Shown here: positions 27,953-37,802 of the stretch, in pieces
How the letters are laid out: every line of letters begins with the position of its first letter
Position numbering within the stretch: position 1 is the stretch's first letter
NCBI GenBank assembly: GCA_034670305.1
Contig: JAXMNT010000039.1
Location: 13,465 to 77,464 of the forward strand
Source of the DNA: Deltaproteobacteria bacterium
Lineage (GTDB): Bacteria > Myxococcota_A > Polyangia > Polyangiales > Houyiibacteriaceae
DNA: 64,000 nucleotides
Direction: 5' to 3'
Notes under the pieces: model-generated
Told to the model about the DNA's origin: nothing
Databases searched by the model: none
The model's input: only the letters and a program-made list of their open reading frames with translations
Program-made: the position numbers and the translations under genes

Positions 27953-30079
27953 ATGAGCTGGAAGCTTTCGTTCAAGCCTGCCGCGTTTCATGCGCTTTCG
28001 GCCAACGTGCCGAAGAACGACCTGCCCCGCGTCCTGCGCGGCCTCGATGCCCTGTGCGAGGACCCCACGCCGAATGGATCGCAGAAGCGCAAGCTCAAGC
28101 ACGCGAAGGGGCTCTTCCGGTGCAAGGTGCATGGGTTCCGGGTCATGTACGTGTTCGACGACACCCACGTCTCCGTGCTCGACATCCGCCCGCGCGAGGA
28201 CGACCACGCCACGTACTCCGGGCTGCCCGCCCCCGAACACCAAGGCGCCGGCCCCGATGCGGACCTGCCGGAAGCACCCGACGCGAAAGCGAAGCCCGCG
28301 TCGGTGCCGCCGCCGTTCCTCGAGGTGCCCGCCAGCGAGAGCACCGCGCTGCCGCGCCCGATCACCGAAGAGCTGCTCGCCGCGCTGCGGGTGCCAGAGG
28401 CGTTCTGGGCGGCGCTCACCGCGTGCGACTCCGAAGAGGCGCTGCTGGATTGCGACGCCGTGCCCGAACAGCACCGGCTCGCCGTGGTCGACGGGCTCGT
28501 CGGGCGGCCCGTCGAGGAGCTCCTCGCCCAGCCGGACCTCTTGGTGCCTGCCGCCGACGATCTCTTGCGCTACCGCGAAGGAGAGCTGCTCGGCTTCTTG
28601 CTGCGGCTCGACCCGGAGCAGGAGAAGTTCGTGCATTGGGCGGCCGATGCCAAAGGGCCGACGCTGCTCAAGGGCGGGCCCGGCACCGGCAAGTCGACCG
28701 TGGCGCTGCACCGGGTGAAGGTGTTCGTGCAGAAGCTGCGTGCGGCTGGCGTGCCGAAGCCGCGCATCCTCTTCACCACCTACACCCGCGCGCTCACCCG
28801 GGTGAGCGAGCAGCTGCTCGAGCAGCTGCTCGGCGAAGACGCAAAGCTGGTCGAGGTCAGCACCGCGGACAGCGTCGCCGCGGGCATCGTGCGGCGCGCG
28901 GACGGCAACCAGACGGTGGCCACCTTCAAGGAGCAATGCGGGCTCTTCGAACAAGCGATGCGCGACGCGAAGTTCGAGGGCAACGCGCTCCAGGTCGCGG
29001 CCCAGCGCAAGACGCTGGAGCGCACCGGCACCGATTACTTGATGGAAGAGGTGCTCGGGGTGATCGAAGCGCGGGCGCTTGCCGACTTCGACGCCTACCT
29101 GGAGACCTCGCGTGCAGGCCGCCGGCTGCCGCTCGCCAAGACGCAGCGCAAGGCGGTGTGGGCGGTGCGGGAAGCGTTCGTGCGGCTCGTGGATGCGAGC
29201 GGCAAGACCACGTGGGAGCGGCTGCGGGCCCGGGCCGCGGAGCTCACGCAGGCGGCTGAGGGCGACTCGAAAGCCGTCACGCCGTACGACGCGGTGGTCG
29301 TCGACGAAGCCCAAGACTTGCAGCCGAGCGCGCTGCGCATGCTGGTCGGCCTGGCGAAGGATCCCTCGCGGCTCTTTCTGACCGCGGATGCGAACCAGTC
29401 GATCTACGGCGCCGGGTTCCGGTGGGCCGACGTGCACGAGGACCTGCGCTTCGTCGGCCGGACCGGGGTGCTGCGGGCCAACCACCGCTCGACGCGCGAG
29501 AACGCGGAGGCCGGCGAGAGTTACCTCGATGGCGGCAGCGCGGCGCTCGACCGGGAGGATGGCCAGGGCGGCAAGGCGGGCACGTACCTGCACCGCGGGC
29601 CGGTGCCCGTGGTCCGCAGCGTCGTGCAACGAGACGAGGTGGCGCTCGTCGCGCGGTTCGTGCGGGGCGCCACCCGCGCGCTTCGGCTCGGGACCGGGTC
29701 GGCCGCGGTGCTGTGTCCCACCCGCAAGCAGGTGCAGCGCATCACCGAGGGGCTCGAGGGTGCCGGCATCGCCGCGCTCGCGGTGGACGCCGACGATCTC
29801 GATCTGAGCAGCGCCGGCGTGAAGGTGATGACGCTGAAGTCGGCGAAGGGGCTGGAGTTCCCGGTGGTGGTGATCGCTGGGCTCGGGGACGAGAACTTCC
29901 CCGCGCTGTGGACCCGAGTAGACGCCGACCAACGCCAGGAGCTGGTCGAGCGGGAGCGCCGCACCATGTACGTGGCGATGACCCGCGCCATGCGCGCGCT
30001 GATGGTGGTGCTGCCCAAGGAGCGTCGCGGCGTCTCGCTCTTCGAGGGCTTCGACCGGAAGCTGTGGAACAAGTCATGA
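27953..30079 (+). CDS. SF1 UvrD-like helicase with N-terminal RelE/ParE-like domain
   Basis: N-terminal KKLKHAKGLFRCKVHGFRVMY...VLDIRPR-type RelE pattern; GGPGTGKST; VVVDEAQD; DANQSIY; LRANHRS; SAKGLEFP; YVAMTRA. Confidence 0.85.
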   Translation: MSWKLSFKPAAFHALSANVPKNDLPRVLRGLDALCEDPTPNGSQKRKLKHAKGLFRCKVHGFRVMYVFDDTHVSVLDIRPREDDHATYSGLPAPEHQGAGPDADLPEAPDAKAKPASVPPPFLEVPASESTALPRPITEELLAALRVPEAFWAALTACDSEEALLDCDAVPEQHRLAVVDGLVGRPVEELLAQPDLLVPAADDLLRYREGELLGFLLRLDPEQEKFVHWAADAKGPTLLKGGPGTGKSTVALHRVKVFVQKLRAAGVPKPRILFTTYTRALTRVSEQLLEQLLGEDAKLVEVSTADSVAAGIVRRADGNQTVATFKEQCGLFEQAMRDAKFEGNALQVAAQRKTLERTGTDYLMEEVLGVIEARALADFDAYLETSRAGRRLPLAKTQRKAVWAVREAFVRLVDASGKTTWERLRARAAELTQAAEGDSKAVTPYDAVVVDEAQDLQPSALRMLVGLAKDPSRLFLTADANQSIYGAGFRWADVHEDLRFVGRTGVLRANHRSTRENAEAGESYLDGGSAALDREDGQGGKAGTYLHRGPVPVVRSVVQRDEVALVARFVRGATRALRLGTGSAAVLCPTRKQVQRITEGLEGAGIAALAVDADDLDLSSAGVKVMTLKSAKGLEFPVVVIAGLGDENFPALWTRVDADQRQELVERERRTMYVAMTRAMRALMVVLPKERRGVSLFEGFDRKLWNKS

Positions 30080-33000
30080 CCGAGACCATGCAACTCCCCG
30101 CGCAGTGCGACGACGTCGCGCTCGCCTCGAAGCTCAACCGCGGCATCAAGGAGGGCAGCGCCACCGCCGACTGGGCTGCCGTACACGACGTGAGCGATGC
30201 GTTCCTGCGGGCGCTGGTGGCCGGGCTGGATCTGGACGCCGCAGCCGACGCGATCGGCGCGGACACGATGTCGGACGCCATCGCATCGCGGGTGGTGAAG
30301 GCCTTCGAGGGAACGTTCACCGAACGCAAAGCGCCGTCGGGCGGCGTGGACTTGTCCGAAGCCCTCGCCGCGCGTGCCGCTATCGTGCGCGGACTGGAAG
30401 CGGACCTCATCGGCCCGTTCACGGACACGGGCGAAGAGCTGCTGCCGCTCGCGCCCTCCCGCTGGTACCTGACCGGCTTCCTGGCGCCGGAACTCGCCCG
30501 GGAGACCGACGACCCGACGGCCGAGGAGGACGAGACCCACCTGGACGAGTCGTTCGAAGAACCGAGTGGGCCCGCGCAGCAGCCCAAACAGAAGCGCCGG
30601 TTCCCCGCGTCGATCGGGATGAGTGTGATCCTGCCGGCGGACGGCCAGACGATCGAAGCCAGGGTGCGGTTCGGGGAGTACGAACCCGAGGTGGTCTTCG
30701 AAGGCACGACGCCGAGCGGCAAGCCGAGGAAGAAGACGCTCTGGCGACGAAAGGCGGTCGAGTCCGACTGGACCACCGTCACACTCTCGAAGGCAGACCT
30801 CGCGACCGGGGGTGTGCCGGTGGAGGGCGCGCCGGGTCTGTGGCTGGTGGGACAGATCGAGCCCGCCGAAGCACCTGGACTTCCCGACGGAGCCCGCGCG
30901 CTCGCGCTCTTCGTCGTGAACCGCCGGACGCCCGGTGGTCGGGGCGAACAGGACAAGAGCTTCGTCTTCCAAGTGGAGATGGAGGTGCGCTTCGAACCCG
31001 GCTTCGTGCCGCGCCCGGACCGGCACGGCGAGACGAGCAGCGAGACCGACGACCTGATCGCGGATCTTCAGTTCCGCGGGCGGGCCGAGTTCGCCGTCGG
31101 CCACGGCGTCTCGGTGGACGCACCGACCGACAGCCACGCGCGGGTGACGACGGTGCGCACGACCTGGATGCCGCGGCACGAGGTCGCGCGGGTGCGGGCC
31201 CGCAAACCACCCGAGGGCAGCACCGTCTCGATGGACGAGCTGGCGCAGCTTCAGAGCGAGGATGTCCGGGACCGGCTCGGGCCCATCGCCGACGACTACG
31301 CCGCGTGGATCGCCGCGCAGTCGAAACGCACCGACGGCATCGACAGCAAGGCTCGGCGCGGAACGCGGGACGAGCTCATGTTCCGAGCCGAGCGCGCCCG
31401 GCAACGCATCGTGCGCGGCGTCGAGCGCCTCGCGACCGACCCGGAGTTGCTCGAGGTATTCCGGCTCGCCAACCGCGCGATGGCGGAGTCTGCGCGCAAG
31501 CGCTCGCCCGAACGCTACGAACGCGGAGCCGTGCCTTCGTGGCGGCTCTTCCAGCTCGCGTTCATGCTCTTGAACCTCGACGGGCTCGCGGACCCGGCGC
31601 ACCCGGACCGGAAGGAAGTCGAACTGATCTTCTTCCCCACCGGTGGTGGCAAGACCGAGGCGTACCTTGGCGTCATCGCGATGACGCTCTTGCTCCGGCG
31701 CATGCGCGGCCAATCGCGGCCCGACCGCGGGCTCGGGGTGGCGGTGATCCTCCGCTACACGCTGCGCCTGCTCACGCTCGACCAGCTCGGCCGCGCGGCG
31801 ACGCTGATCTGCGCGCTGGAACTGCTCCGCCGAGAGCAGCCCGAGTTGCTCGGACGAGAGCGCTTCACCGTCGGGTTGTGGGTCGGGCTCAGTGCCACCG
31901 CCAACACCCTCGGCGCGCTCAAGAAGCAGGTCGCCGACTACGGGAAGAGCACCGCGAAGAACCCGGAGAGCCCGTTCCCGCTGCCTGAGTGCCCGTGGTG
32001 TCGAACCGCGATCGGGAAGCGCAGCTTCAGCCTGCGGCCCGACGCGAAGAAGACCGAGGCGATCTACGCCGGCTGTCTGGGGAGGGATTGTCCATTCAAC
32101 TTTCGACGCTCACCGCTCGGCATGCCGGTGCTCTTTGTGGATGAGCAGATTTACGCCGAGTTGCCTTCGTTCGTCGTCGGGACCGTCGACAAGTTCGCGA
32201 TGCTTCCGTGGCGCGGTGAGACCGCGAAACTCTTCGGGCGGGTGAGCGCCCGGGTCGACACGGCCTGGCCGGTCGACGGCGGCGGAGAAGAGATCGCGAG
32301 CCGGTTCGTCGGCGCGGCGGACGGCAGCACCAAAGGCGCGACGCTTCTGACGGGTGGGCTGCCTCCGCCCGAACTCATCGTCCAGGACGAGCTGCACCTC
32401 ATCAGTGGACCGCTCGGCACGATGGTGGGCCTCTACGAGACCGCGATCGACTTCCTCTGCCAGCAGGAACGCGACGGGGTGCTCGTGCGTCCGAAGATCC
32501 TGGCGTCGACGGCCACAGTGCGCCGGGCGCGCGAGCAGATCCATGCGCTCTTCGCGCGCGACGGGGTGAACGTCTTTCCGCCGCCGGGCATCGACGACGG
32601 CGAGAGCTACTTCGCGGAACTCGATGTCGACGCCGACGGAAACGTGTTGCCGGGGCGCCTCTACCTGGGCGTCGCCGCGGCGTCTCGTTCGATGAAGGGC
32701 GTGCTCGCGCGGACCTACACCGCGGCGCTTGCCGGCGGACAGAAGCAGTACGAGATGCGCGGTGCGGCGGCGGACCCGTACATGACCTTGGCCGGCTACT
32801 TCAACGCGCTCCGGGTCCTCGGCGGCATGCGGCGCCTGGTGGAAGACGACGTGCGCGGCCGGTGTGCGAAGATCGAAGAGAAGGTCCCCCGCGACTTCCA
32901 AGGCAGCCACCCGCACATGTCGACGCGCGCGATCCAGGCGGAGCCGGTGGAACTCACGTCACGCGAGACGACGGGCAAGATCAAAGAGGCGAAGGACCGG

Positions 33001-33747
33001 CTCGACCAACCGCACAGTGACCCGAAGCACGTTGACGTCGTGCTCGCGTCCAACATGATCTCCGTCGGCGTCGACATCGACCGCCTCGGACTGATGGTCG
33101 TCGCCGGGCAGCCAAAGTCGACCGCCGAGTACATCCAGGCGTCGAGCCGGGTCGGCCGCCAGTTCCCTGGGCTCGTGCTCACGTGTTTCAACGTCAGCAA
33201 ACCGCGGGACCGCTCCCACTACGAACGTTTCACGGCCTACCACGCGAGCTTCTACCGCTTCGTCGAAGCGACCAGCCTCACGCCCTTCTCGGCGCGGGCG
33301 ATCGAACGTGGACTGGTCGGCACGCTCTTCGCGATGACCCGCCTCGGCGACGACGCACTCACGCCCGCGATCGGCGCGCGGTACATCGAAGCACACCGCG
33401 AGGCGGCCGAGCGGGCCGTCGAAGCGATCACGGAGCGAGCCCGCGCCCACCAGCGGCTCGGCACCGAGGAAGAAGAGCGGCTCGTGCAGGCGCTCCGAAA
33501 GCGGGCGCGGCAGTTGATCGACATCTGGATCAAGCTCGTGCACGGCGAAGCAGAGCGCTGCTACTCGCGCTTCGAGAAGGGACGCGGTCTCGGACGACCG
33601 CTCCTCACGATGCCGCTCGAGAAGGTGGAACACGGCGAGGTACACCTCGAGCGCGAACTCGTCGCACCGACCTCGATGCGCGACGTCGAACCCGAAGTGC
33701 ACCTGTGGCTTGAACGCGCGAACCGAATCGAAGGAGCGGACGCATGA
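30076..33747 (+). CDS. drmA: DISARM helicase DrmA
   Basis: LEADLIGP; PSRWYLTGFLAP; FFPTGGGKTEAY; IVQDELHLISGPLGTMVGLYE; ASTAT; NMISVGVDIDRLGLM; EYIQASSRVGR; ATG 30076 overlaps the upstream TGA. Confidence 0.92.
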   Translation: MTETMQLPAQCDDVALASKLNRGIKEGSATADWAAVHDVSDAFLRALVAGLDLDAAADAIGADTMSDAIASRVVKAFEGTFTERKAPSGGVDLSEALAARAAIVRGLEADLIGPFTDTGEELLPLAPSRWYLTGFLAPELARETDDPTAEEDETHLDESFEEPSGPAQQPKQKRRFPASIGMSVILPADGQTIEARVRFGEYEPEVVFEGTTPSGKPRKKTLWRRKAVESDWTTVTLSKADLATGGVPVEGAPGLWLVGQIEPAEAPGLPDGARALALFVVNRRTPGGRGEQDKSFVFQVEMEVRFEPGFVPRPDRHGETSSETDDLIADLQFRGRAEFAVGHGVSVDAPTDSHARVTTVRTTWMPRHEVARVRARKPPEGSTVSMDELAQLQSEDVRDRLGPIADDYAAWIAAQSKRTDGIDSKARRGTRDELMFRAERARQRIVRGVERLATDPELLEVFRLANRAMAESARKRSPERYERGAVPSWRLFQLAFMLLNLDGLADPAHPDRKEVELIFFPTGGGKTEAYLGVIAMTLLLRRMRGQSRPDRGLGVAVILRYTLRLLTLDQLGRAATLICALELLRREQPELLGRERFTVGLWVGLSATANTLGALKKQVADYGKSTAKNPESPFPLPECPWCRTAIGKRSFSLRPDAKKTEAIYAGCLGRDCPFNFRRSPLGMPVLFVDEQIYAELPSFVVGTVDKFAMLPWRGETAKLFGRVSARVDTAWPVDGGGEEIASRFVGAADGSTKGATLLTGGLPPPELIVQDELHLISGPLGTMVGLYETAIDFLCQQERDGVLVRPKILASTATVRRAREQIHALFARDGVNVFPPPGIDDGESYFAELDVDADGNVLPGRLYLGVAAASRSMKGVLARTYTAALAGGQKQYEMRGAAADPYMTLAGYFNALRVLGGMRRLVEDDVRGRCAKIEEKVPRDFQGSHPHMSTRAIQAEPVELTSRETTGKIKEAKDRLDQPHSDPKHVDVVLASNMISVGVDIDRLGLMVVAGQPKSTAEYIQASSRVGRQFPGLVLTCFNVSKPRDRSHYERFTAYHASFYRFVEATSLTPFSARAIERGLVGTLFAMTRLGDDALTPAIGARYIEAHREAAERAVEAITERARAHQRLGTEEEERLVQALRKRARQLIDIWIKLVHGEAERCYSRFEKGRGLGRPLLTMPLEKVEHGEVHLERELVAPTSMRDVEPEVHLWLERANRIEGADA

Positions 33748-35630
33748 GCACGCGCAAGAGACGTGGCGGCAAGGTCCAGCAACAACCCCCGCACGGCCGC
33801 ATCCGGCGCAGTCAGATGGTGACCACGTTCGGCCCAGGCGCGATGGTCGACCTCGTCGACCAGGCAGTGCTCATCGGGGGTCTCGACTACTGGGCCTACC
33901 CCACCGACGAGCCCGAGCCGGTGCTGCACGAGCCAAGGTTGGTCGACGCGCTCAGTGCCCGGATGCGATTGGCCGGCATCACCCTGAGCGAGTCGAAGCC
34001 ATTCAAGCAGCCCCCGGCGGGCGGCGACGAGAGCGGCAAACACAACGGTGTACGGGTGCTCGAGTTTCCGCAGCGCTTCGTCTGCCAGAATCCGCGGTGC
34101 CGGCGGCTCCTGTGGAAGAGCGAACTGCGTCCGGTCGACGGGCGCTATTGGCACGACTGCGGCACCGGGAAGTCGCTGCGGATGGAGTGCGTGCCGGTTC
34201 GGTTCCTGGGCGCGTGCCGCAAGGGACATTGCCAAGAGTGGGAGTGGGACTCGTTTGCCCACATGCACGGGGCCGAATGCCGGGCGAGCCAGCTCGTACT
34301 CGAGGAGGGCGCGACCGGCGACTTCAGCGAGATCACCGTGCGGTGCCTGACCTGCAAAGGGCCGCCTCAACAGTTGGTGGTCGCGCTGCCGAGCGCCAAC
34401 AAGGACCAAGGGCTCTTCAAGTGCAAGGGGCACCGTCCCTGGCTTGGCGGAGATGCAGACGAGAAGTGCGAGGAGTGGCTGCGGCTGCTCGTCCGCACCG
34501 CGAGCAACTCGTACTTCTCGCAGGTGGTCAGCGCGTTGACCGTGCCGGAACCGGGCAAGGATCTGGACGACGTCCTCGGCGTGCATTGGGCCACGTTGCA
34601 GGCTGCGACGGACGTGAGCCTTCCCGCGTTCCGCACGATTCCGGACATCGGCCGCGCGCTCGAAGGATGGGACGACGACACCGTGCTGCGCGCGGTGCAG
34701 GCGAAAATCGCCGGCGCTGCCACAGCGCGGGAGCCGCTGCGCACCGCGGAGTTCAAACAGTTCGTGGCGCAGCCGGTCGAAGAGCCTGGCGAACGTCCCG
34801 GGCCCGAGGAGTTCTTCGCGCGCCAGCTCGCGGTGGGGGACCCGCTGCCACATGTCGCGCGCATCGTGCTCGCCTCGAAGCTCCGAGAAGTCCGCGCACA
34901 GATCGGGTTCACCCGACTGGAGCCGTCGACGCCGGACCTCCAGGGCGAATACGACCTCGCCGTCGAGTCCGCACCGCTCGGCCTGAACACCGACTGGCTC
35001 CCCGCGACCGAAGTACTCGGCGAAGGGGTGTTCCTTCAGATCTCGGAAGCCAGCCTTGAAGCGTGGGAAGCGCGGCCCGCGGTGAAGAAGCGCGAGAACG
35101 AACTGGACGCCGGCTACGCCGCCTGGCGCAAGACGCTGCAGCCAGAGTCTCAGGAGCGGACGCCCGGGTTCCCGGGCGCCCGCTACTACATGCTGCACTC
35201 GCTCTCGCACCTGCTCATCAGCGCGATCAGCCTGGAGTGCGGCTACAGCGCGAGCGCGATCAAAGAACGCATCTACTGCAGCCCGCCCGGCACGGATCCC
35301 GCCGGTCGCATGGCGGCGATTCTCTTGTCGACCGGCAGCTCGGGCAGCGAGGGCACGCTCGGTGGACTCGTCGAACAAGGACGCCGGCTGCTGCCGCATC
35401 TGCAGTTCGCGTGGGACCTCGGCCGGCTGTGTGCGAACGACCCGGTCTGCGCCGGTCACTCACCCGAGAAGGACCACGCCGAACGGTTCCTCGAAGGGGC
35501 CGCGTGCCACGGATGCCTCTTCGTCGCGGAGACGAGCTGCGAGCGGTTCAACCGGTTCCTCGACCGGAGCCTCGTCGTGCCAACGGTCGGGCGAGATCCG
35601 AAGCTGGCGTTCTTCTCGGAGCGCCCCTGA
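33744..35630 (+). CDS. drmB: DISARM DUF1998 protein DrmB
   Basis: IRRSQMVTTFGPGAMVDL; LHSLSHLLI; SEGTLGGL; CANDPVC; AACHGC..ETSCERFNRFLDR Zn-binding C-terminus. Confidence 0.92.
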   Translation: MSTRKRRGGKVQQQPPHGRIRRSQMVTTFGPGAMVDLVDQAVLIGGLDYWAYPTDEPEPVLHEPRLVDALSARMRLAGITLSESKPFKQPPAGGDESGKHNGVRVLEFPQRFVCQNPRCRRLLWKSELRPVDGRYWHDCGTGKSLRMECVPVRFLGACRKGHCQEWEWDSFAHMHGAECRASQLVLEEGATGDFSEITVRCLTCKGPPQQLVVALPSANKDQGLFKCKGHRPWLGGDADEKCEEWLRLLVRTASNSYFSQVVSALTVPEPGKDLDDVLGVHWATLQAATDVSLPAFRTIPDIGRALEGWDDDTVLRAVQAKIAGAATAREPLRTAEFKQFVAQPVEEPGERPGPEEFFARQLAVGDPLPHVARIVLASKLREVRAQIGFTRLEPSTPDLQGEYDLAVESAPLGLNTDWLPATEVLGEGVFLQISEASLEAWEARPAVKKRENELDAGYAAWRKTLQPESQERTPGFPGARYYMLHSLSHLLISAISLECGYSASAIKERIYCSPPGTDPAGRMAAILLSTGSSGSEGTLGGLVEQGRRLLPHLQFAWDLGRLCANDPVCAGHSPEKDHAERFLEGAACHGCLFVAETSCERFNRFLDRSLVVPTVGRDPKLAFFSERP

Positions 35631-35631
35631 A

Positions 35632-36396
35632 TTGGATCTGCGCGACGTATCGCTCGGCACACTGAGGGCACTGCGCGCTGCGCTTGCGGGCCGCGCACTG
35701 GCGACACCGGTGACCGAGGCCGGCCTCAGTGGGGCGGGACTCGGCCGCAGCGCTCAGGCATTGGCGGCGCGACTGAGCGGATTCGACAGCGCTGCGCTAG
35801 AAACACTGCTCGACTGCGTGATCGCAGAGCGTGAACATCCGGGCGCGGCACTGGAGCTCGTGTGGACGGGCCCGGGAGGGCCGGCCGACCCCGTCCGCGA
35901 CACCGGCGTCGTCATGCGTCAGCTCTTCGGCTTGGCGAGGGCTTCGGTGCTCGTCGCAGGCTTCCGCATCGACGACGGCGAGCAGCTCTTTCAGCCACTC
36001 CATCGCGTGATGACCGAACACGGCGTCGACGTCACCTTCATCGTCGACATCCACGCGAGCGCGCGGACTGAGGGCATGGCGGAAGCGGTGGCGCGGGCCG
36101 AGATCGATCGCGTGTTCGAGAAGCAGTGGCCGTTCGAAGGCGAACGACCGGCCATCTACTTCGACCCCCGCACCGCGGTGCGCGGCAGCGTGGACCGACC
36201 TTGGGCCAGCATGCATGCCAAGTGCATCGTCGTGGACCGCCGTCACACCCTCATCACCAGCGCCAACTTCACCGACCGCGGCCAAACCCGGAACATCGAA
36301 CTCGGCGTACGCATCGACGACCCCGACTTCGCCACCGAAGTCGACACCCGCTGGCGCACCCTCATCCGCCAAGGCCACCTCCTCCGCGCGAACTGA
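35632..36396 (+). CDS. drmC: DISARM phospholipase D-like nuclease DrmC
   Basis: ELVWTGP...RDTGVV; MHAKCIVVD...ITSANFT...RNIELG; in-frame TTG one base after the drmB stop. Confidence 0.88.
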   Translation: MDLRDVSLGTLRALRAALAGRALATPVTEAGLSGAGLGRSAQALAARLSGFDSAALETLLDCVIAEREHPGAALELVWTGPGGPADPVRDTGVVMRQLFGLARASVLVAGFRIDDGEQLFQPLHRVMTEHGVDVTFIVDIHASARTEGMAEAVARAEIDRVFEKQWPFEGERPAIYFDPRTAVRGSVDRPWASMHAKCIVVDRRHTLITSANFTDRGQTRNIELGVRIDDPDFATEVDTRWRTLIRQGHLLRAN

Positions 36397-36425
36397 GTTC
36401 CCTTGAGGCGAGCCGCACGGCCGGC

Positions 36426-37370
36426 TCAGCCTTCGGCGATGCCGGCCGTGAACCGCGCACGGCCGTTGGAGGTCGAGTGGGCCGCGGCAGCGGCCATGAT
36501 CTCACGTGCCCGTTTGGACTTGAACCCAATCAACTTCACGATGTAGGTCCCCTCCTGCGTCTGCGCGAAGGTGAGCAGCCTGTCCTTGCTCAGGCCACGG
36601 CGGAGTTTCAGGTGCTTACCCCTCCCGAAGTTGATGTTGAGGGTGTTGTCGCCGTGGTTCAGCTTCACCGTGGCGGAAGCGAACTCGCCTTCGAACTCCA
36701 CCATGATCGCGGCTTTCTGGCCCGCGTCGTGAAGGTTGAAGAAGAACCCGAATCGCCCCGGACACTGGATGCTGCTGCCACTGCCGCCGCGTGGTGATGC
36801 CCTGACGGCAAAGATGGCACCGGGTCGTGGCAAGCCGGGCCCGCCGGTCGGTCGGGGTGGTTGTGGTCGGTCCGCGTACATGCGCTCGTAGCGATCGATC
36901 CAGGCTCCATCGGGTTCAAACGCAAGGGGTCCGCCCCACGCCACGTCGAAGAACTCGATGAGATCTGCAAGGGGACCCTCGTCCCTGGCGCCCTCCACCA
37001 GAAGGTTCAGCTCCGTGTTGCTGCCGAAACCGCCGGACGTGAAGTTGGACGAGCCGACAATAGCGCGGGCCACGCCGGCCCTGACGCCGAGCATGAGCTT
37101 AGGGTGGAACACCCCCTCAGTGTCTTCGACCACACGCAGTCGATCCGGGACCTCCGCAAGCTGCCGCAATGCCCATGGTTCAGTCTGAGCAAAGTGGATT
37201 CCGATCAGGGCTCTGGAGACTCGGCTCATGGGAAGGCCCTGCCAGTGCAGTGCGGCACCCCCGGATGCGGTCGCCCACGCGTAAGCGATTCGCAGATCCG
37301 TGGCCCAGTGTCCCAATCCTGCCGCAGCGTCGCGGAGCATACCTGGACGCCACAGCACCTCGATCCTCAT
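36426..37370 (-). CDS. PLD-family (HKD) nuclease with putative C-terminal DNA-binding domain
   Basis: IAYAWAT; FHPKLMLG...IVGSSNFTSGG...NTELN; Pro/Gly linker; basic beta-rich C-terminus. ATG 37370 chosen because the longer ORF runs into the tRNA. Confidence 0.75.
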   Translation of the reverse strand: MRIEVLWRPGMLRDAAAGLGHWATDLRIAYAWATASGGAALHWQGLPMSRVSRALIGIHFAQTEPWALRQLAEVPDRLRVVEDTEGVFHPKLMLGVRAGVARAIVGSSNFTSGGFGSNTELNLLVEGARDEGPLADLIEFFDVAWGGPLAFEPDGAWIDRYERMYADRPQPPRPTGGPGLPRPGAIFAVRASPRGGSGSSIQCPGRFGFFFNLHDAGQKAAIMVEFEGEFASATVKLNHGDNTLNINFGRGKHLKLRRGLSKDRLLTFAQTQEGTYIVKLIGFKSKRAREIMAAAAAHSTSNGRARFTAGIAEG

Positions 37371-37514
37371 GGGGTCCCTGGCTCGCCATGGATCGCCAGG
37401 CTTGGACTCGCGAACCTGGGTCCAAGCTGTCGTAGTTCGCGGATGTCTCGCACCGGCTGAATCCCACCTCGATACATGGTCGGGAGTCAACTGCGAGTCA
37501 GTGGGACGGAACTG

Positions 37515-37539
37515 AAAAACCCCGCTTTGCGCGGGGTTT
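37515..37539 (-). terminator. Intrinsic terminator downstream of tRNA-Phe
   Basis: Minus strand AAACCCCGC-GCAAA-GCGGGGTTTTT: GC stem followed by U-tract. Confidence 0.8.
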
Positions 37540-37544
37540 GGGGG

Positions 37545-37617
37545 TGCCCAGACCAGGAATCGAACCAGGGACACGGGGATTTTCAATCCCCTGCTCTACC
37601 AACTGAGCTATCTGGGC
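37545..37617 (-). tRNA. tRNA-Phe (GAA), CCA not encoded
   Basis: GCCCAGA/TCTGGGC acceptor stem, D arm GCTC-AGTTGGTA-GAGC, anticodon arm GGGGA-TTGAAAA-TCCCC, T loop TTCGATT; followed by CCC rather than CCA. Confidence 0.97.
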
Positions 37618-37802
37618 ATCTCCGTTTGGAGAGGCGGGAGCCTAGCGATACGAGGCGGGCTGTCAACTCACTTTGCGATGGGTGGCGGTGGGTCGATCGG
37701 ATGCGCGCGGTGCAGGTACGCTCGCGGGATGGGGCGGTGTTCGAGATGGTTGGGCCGGGTGGGTTGTGGTCTGCGCGGCGGGTTGTCGCGTTGAGGTCGC
37801 GG

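Noticed and set aside
29422-30075. N-terminal 218 aa of the 1441-aa ORF
   Set aside because: Overlaps the UvrD gene out of frame; DrmA more plausibly starts at the ATGA overlap at 30076.
37371-37802. ORF extensions across the tRNA on both strands
   Set aside because: They overlap a canonical tRNA-Phe and its terminator; downstream ATG starts fit better.
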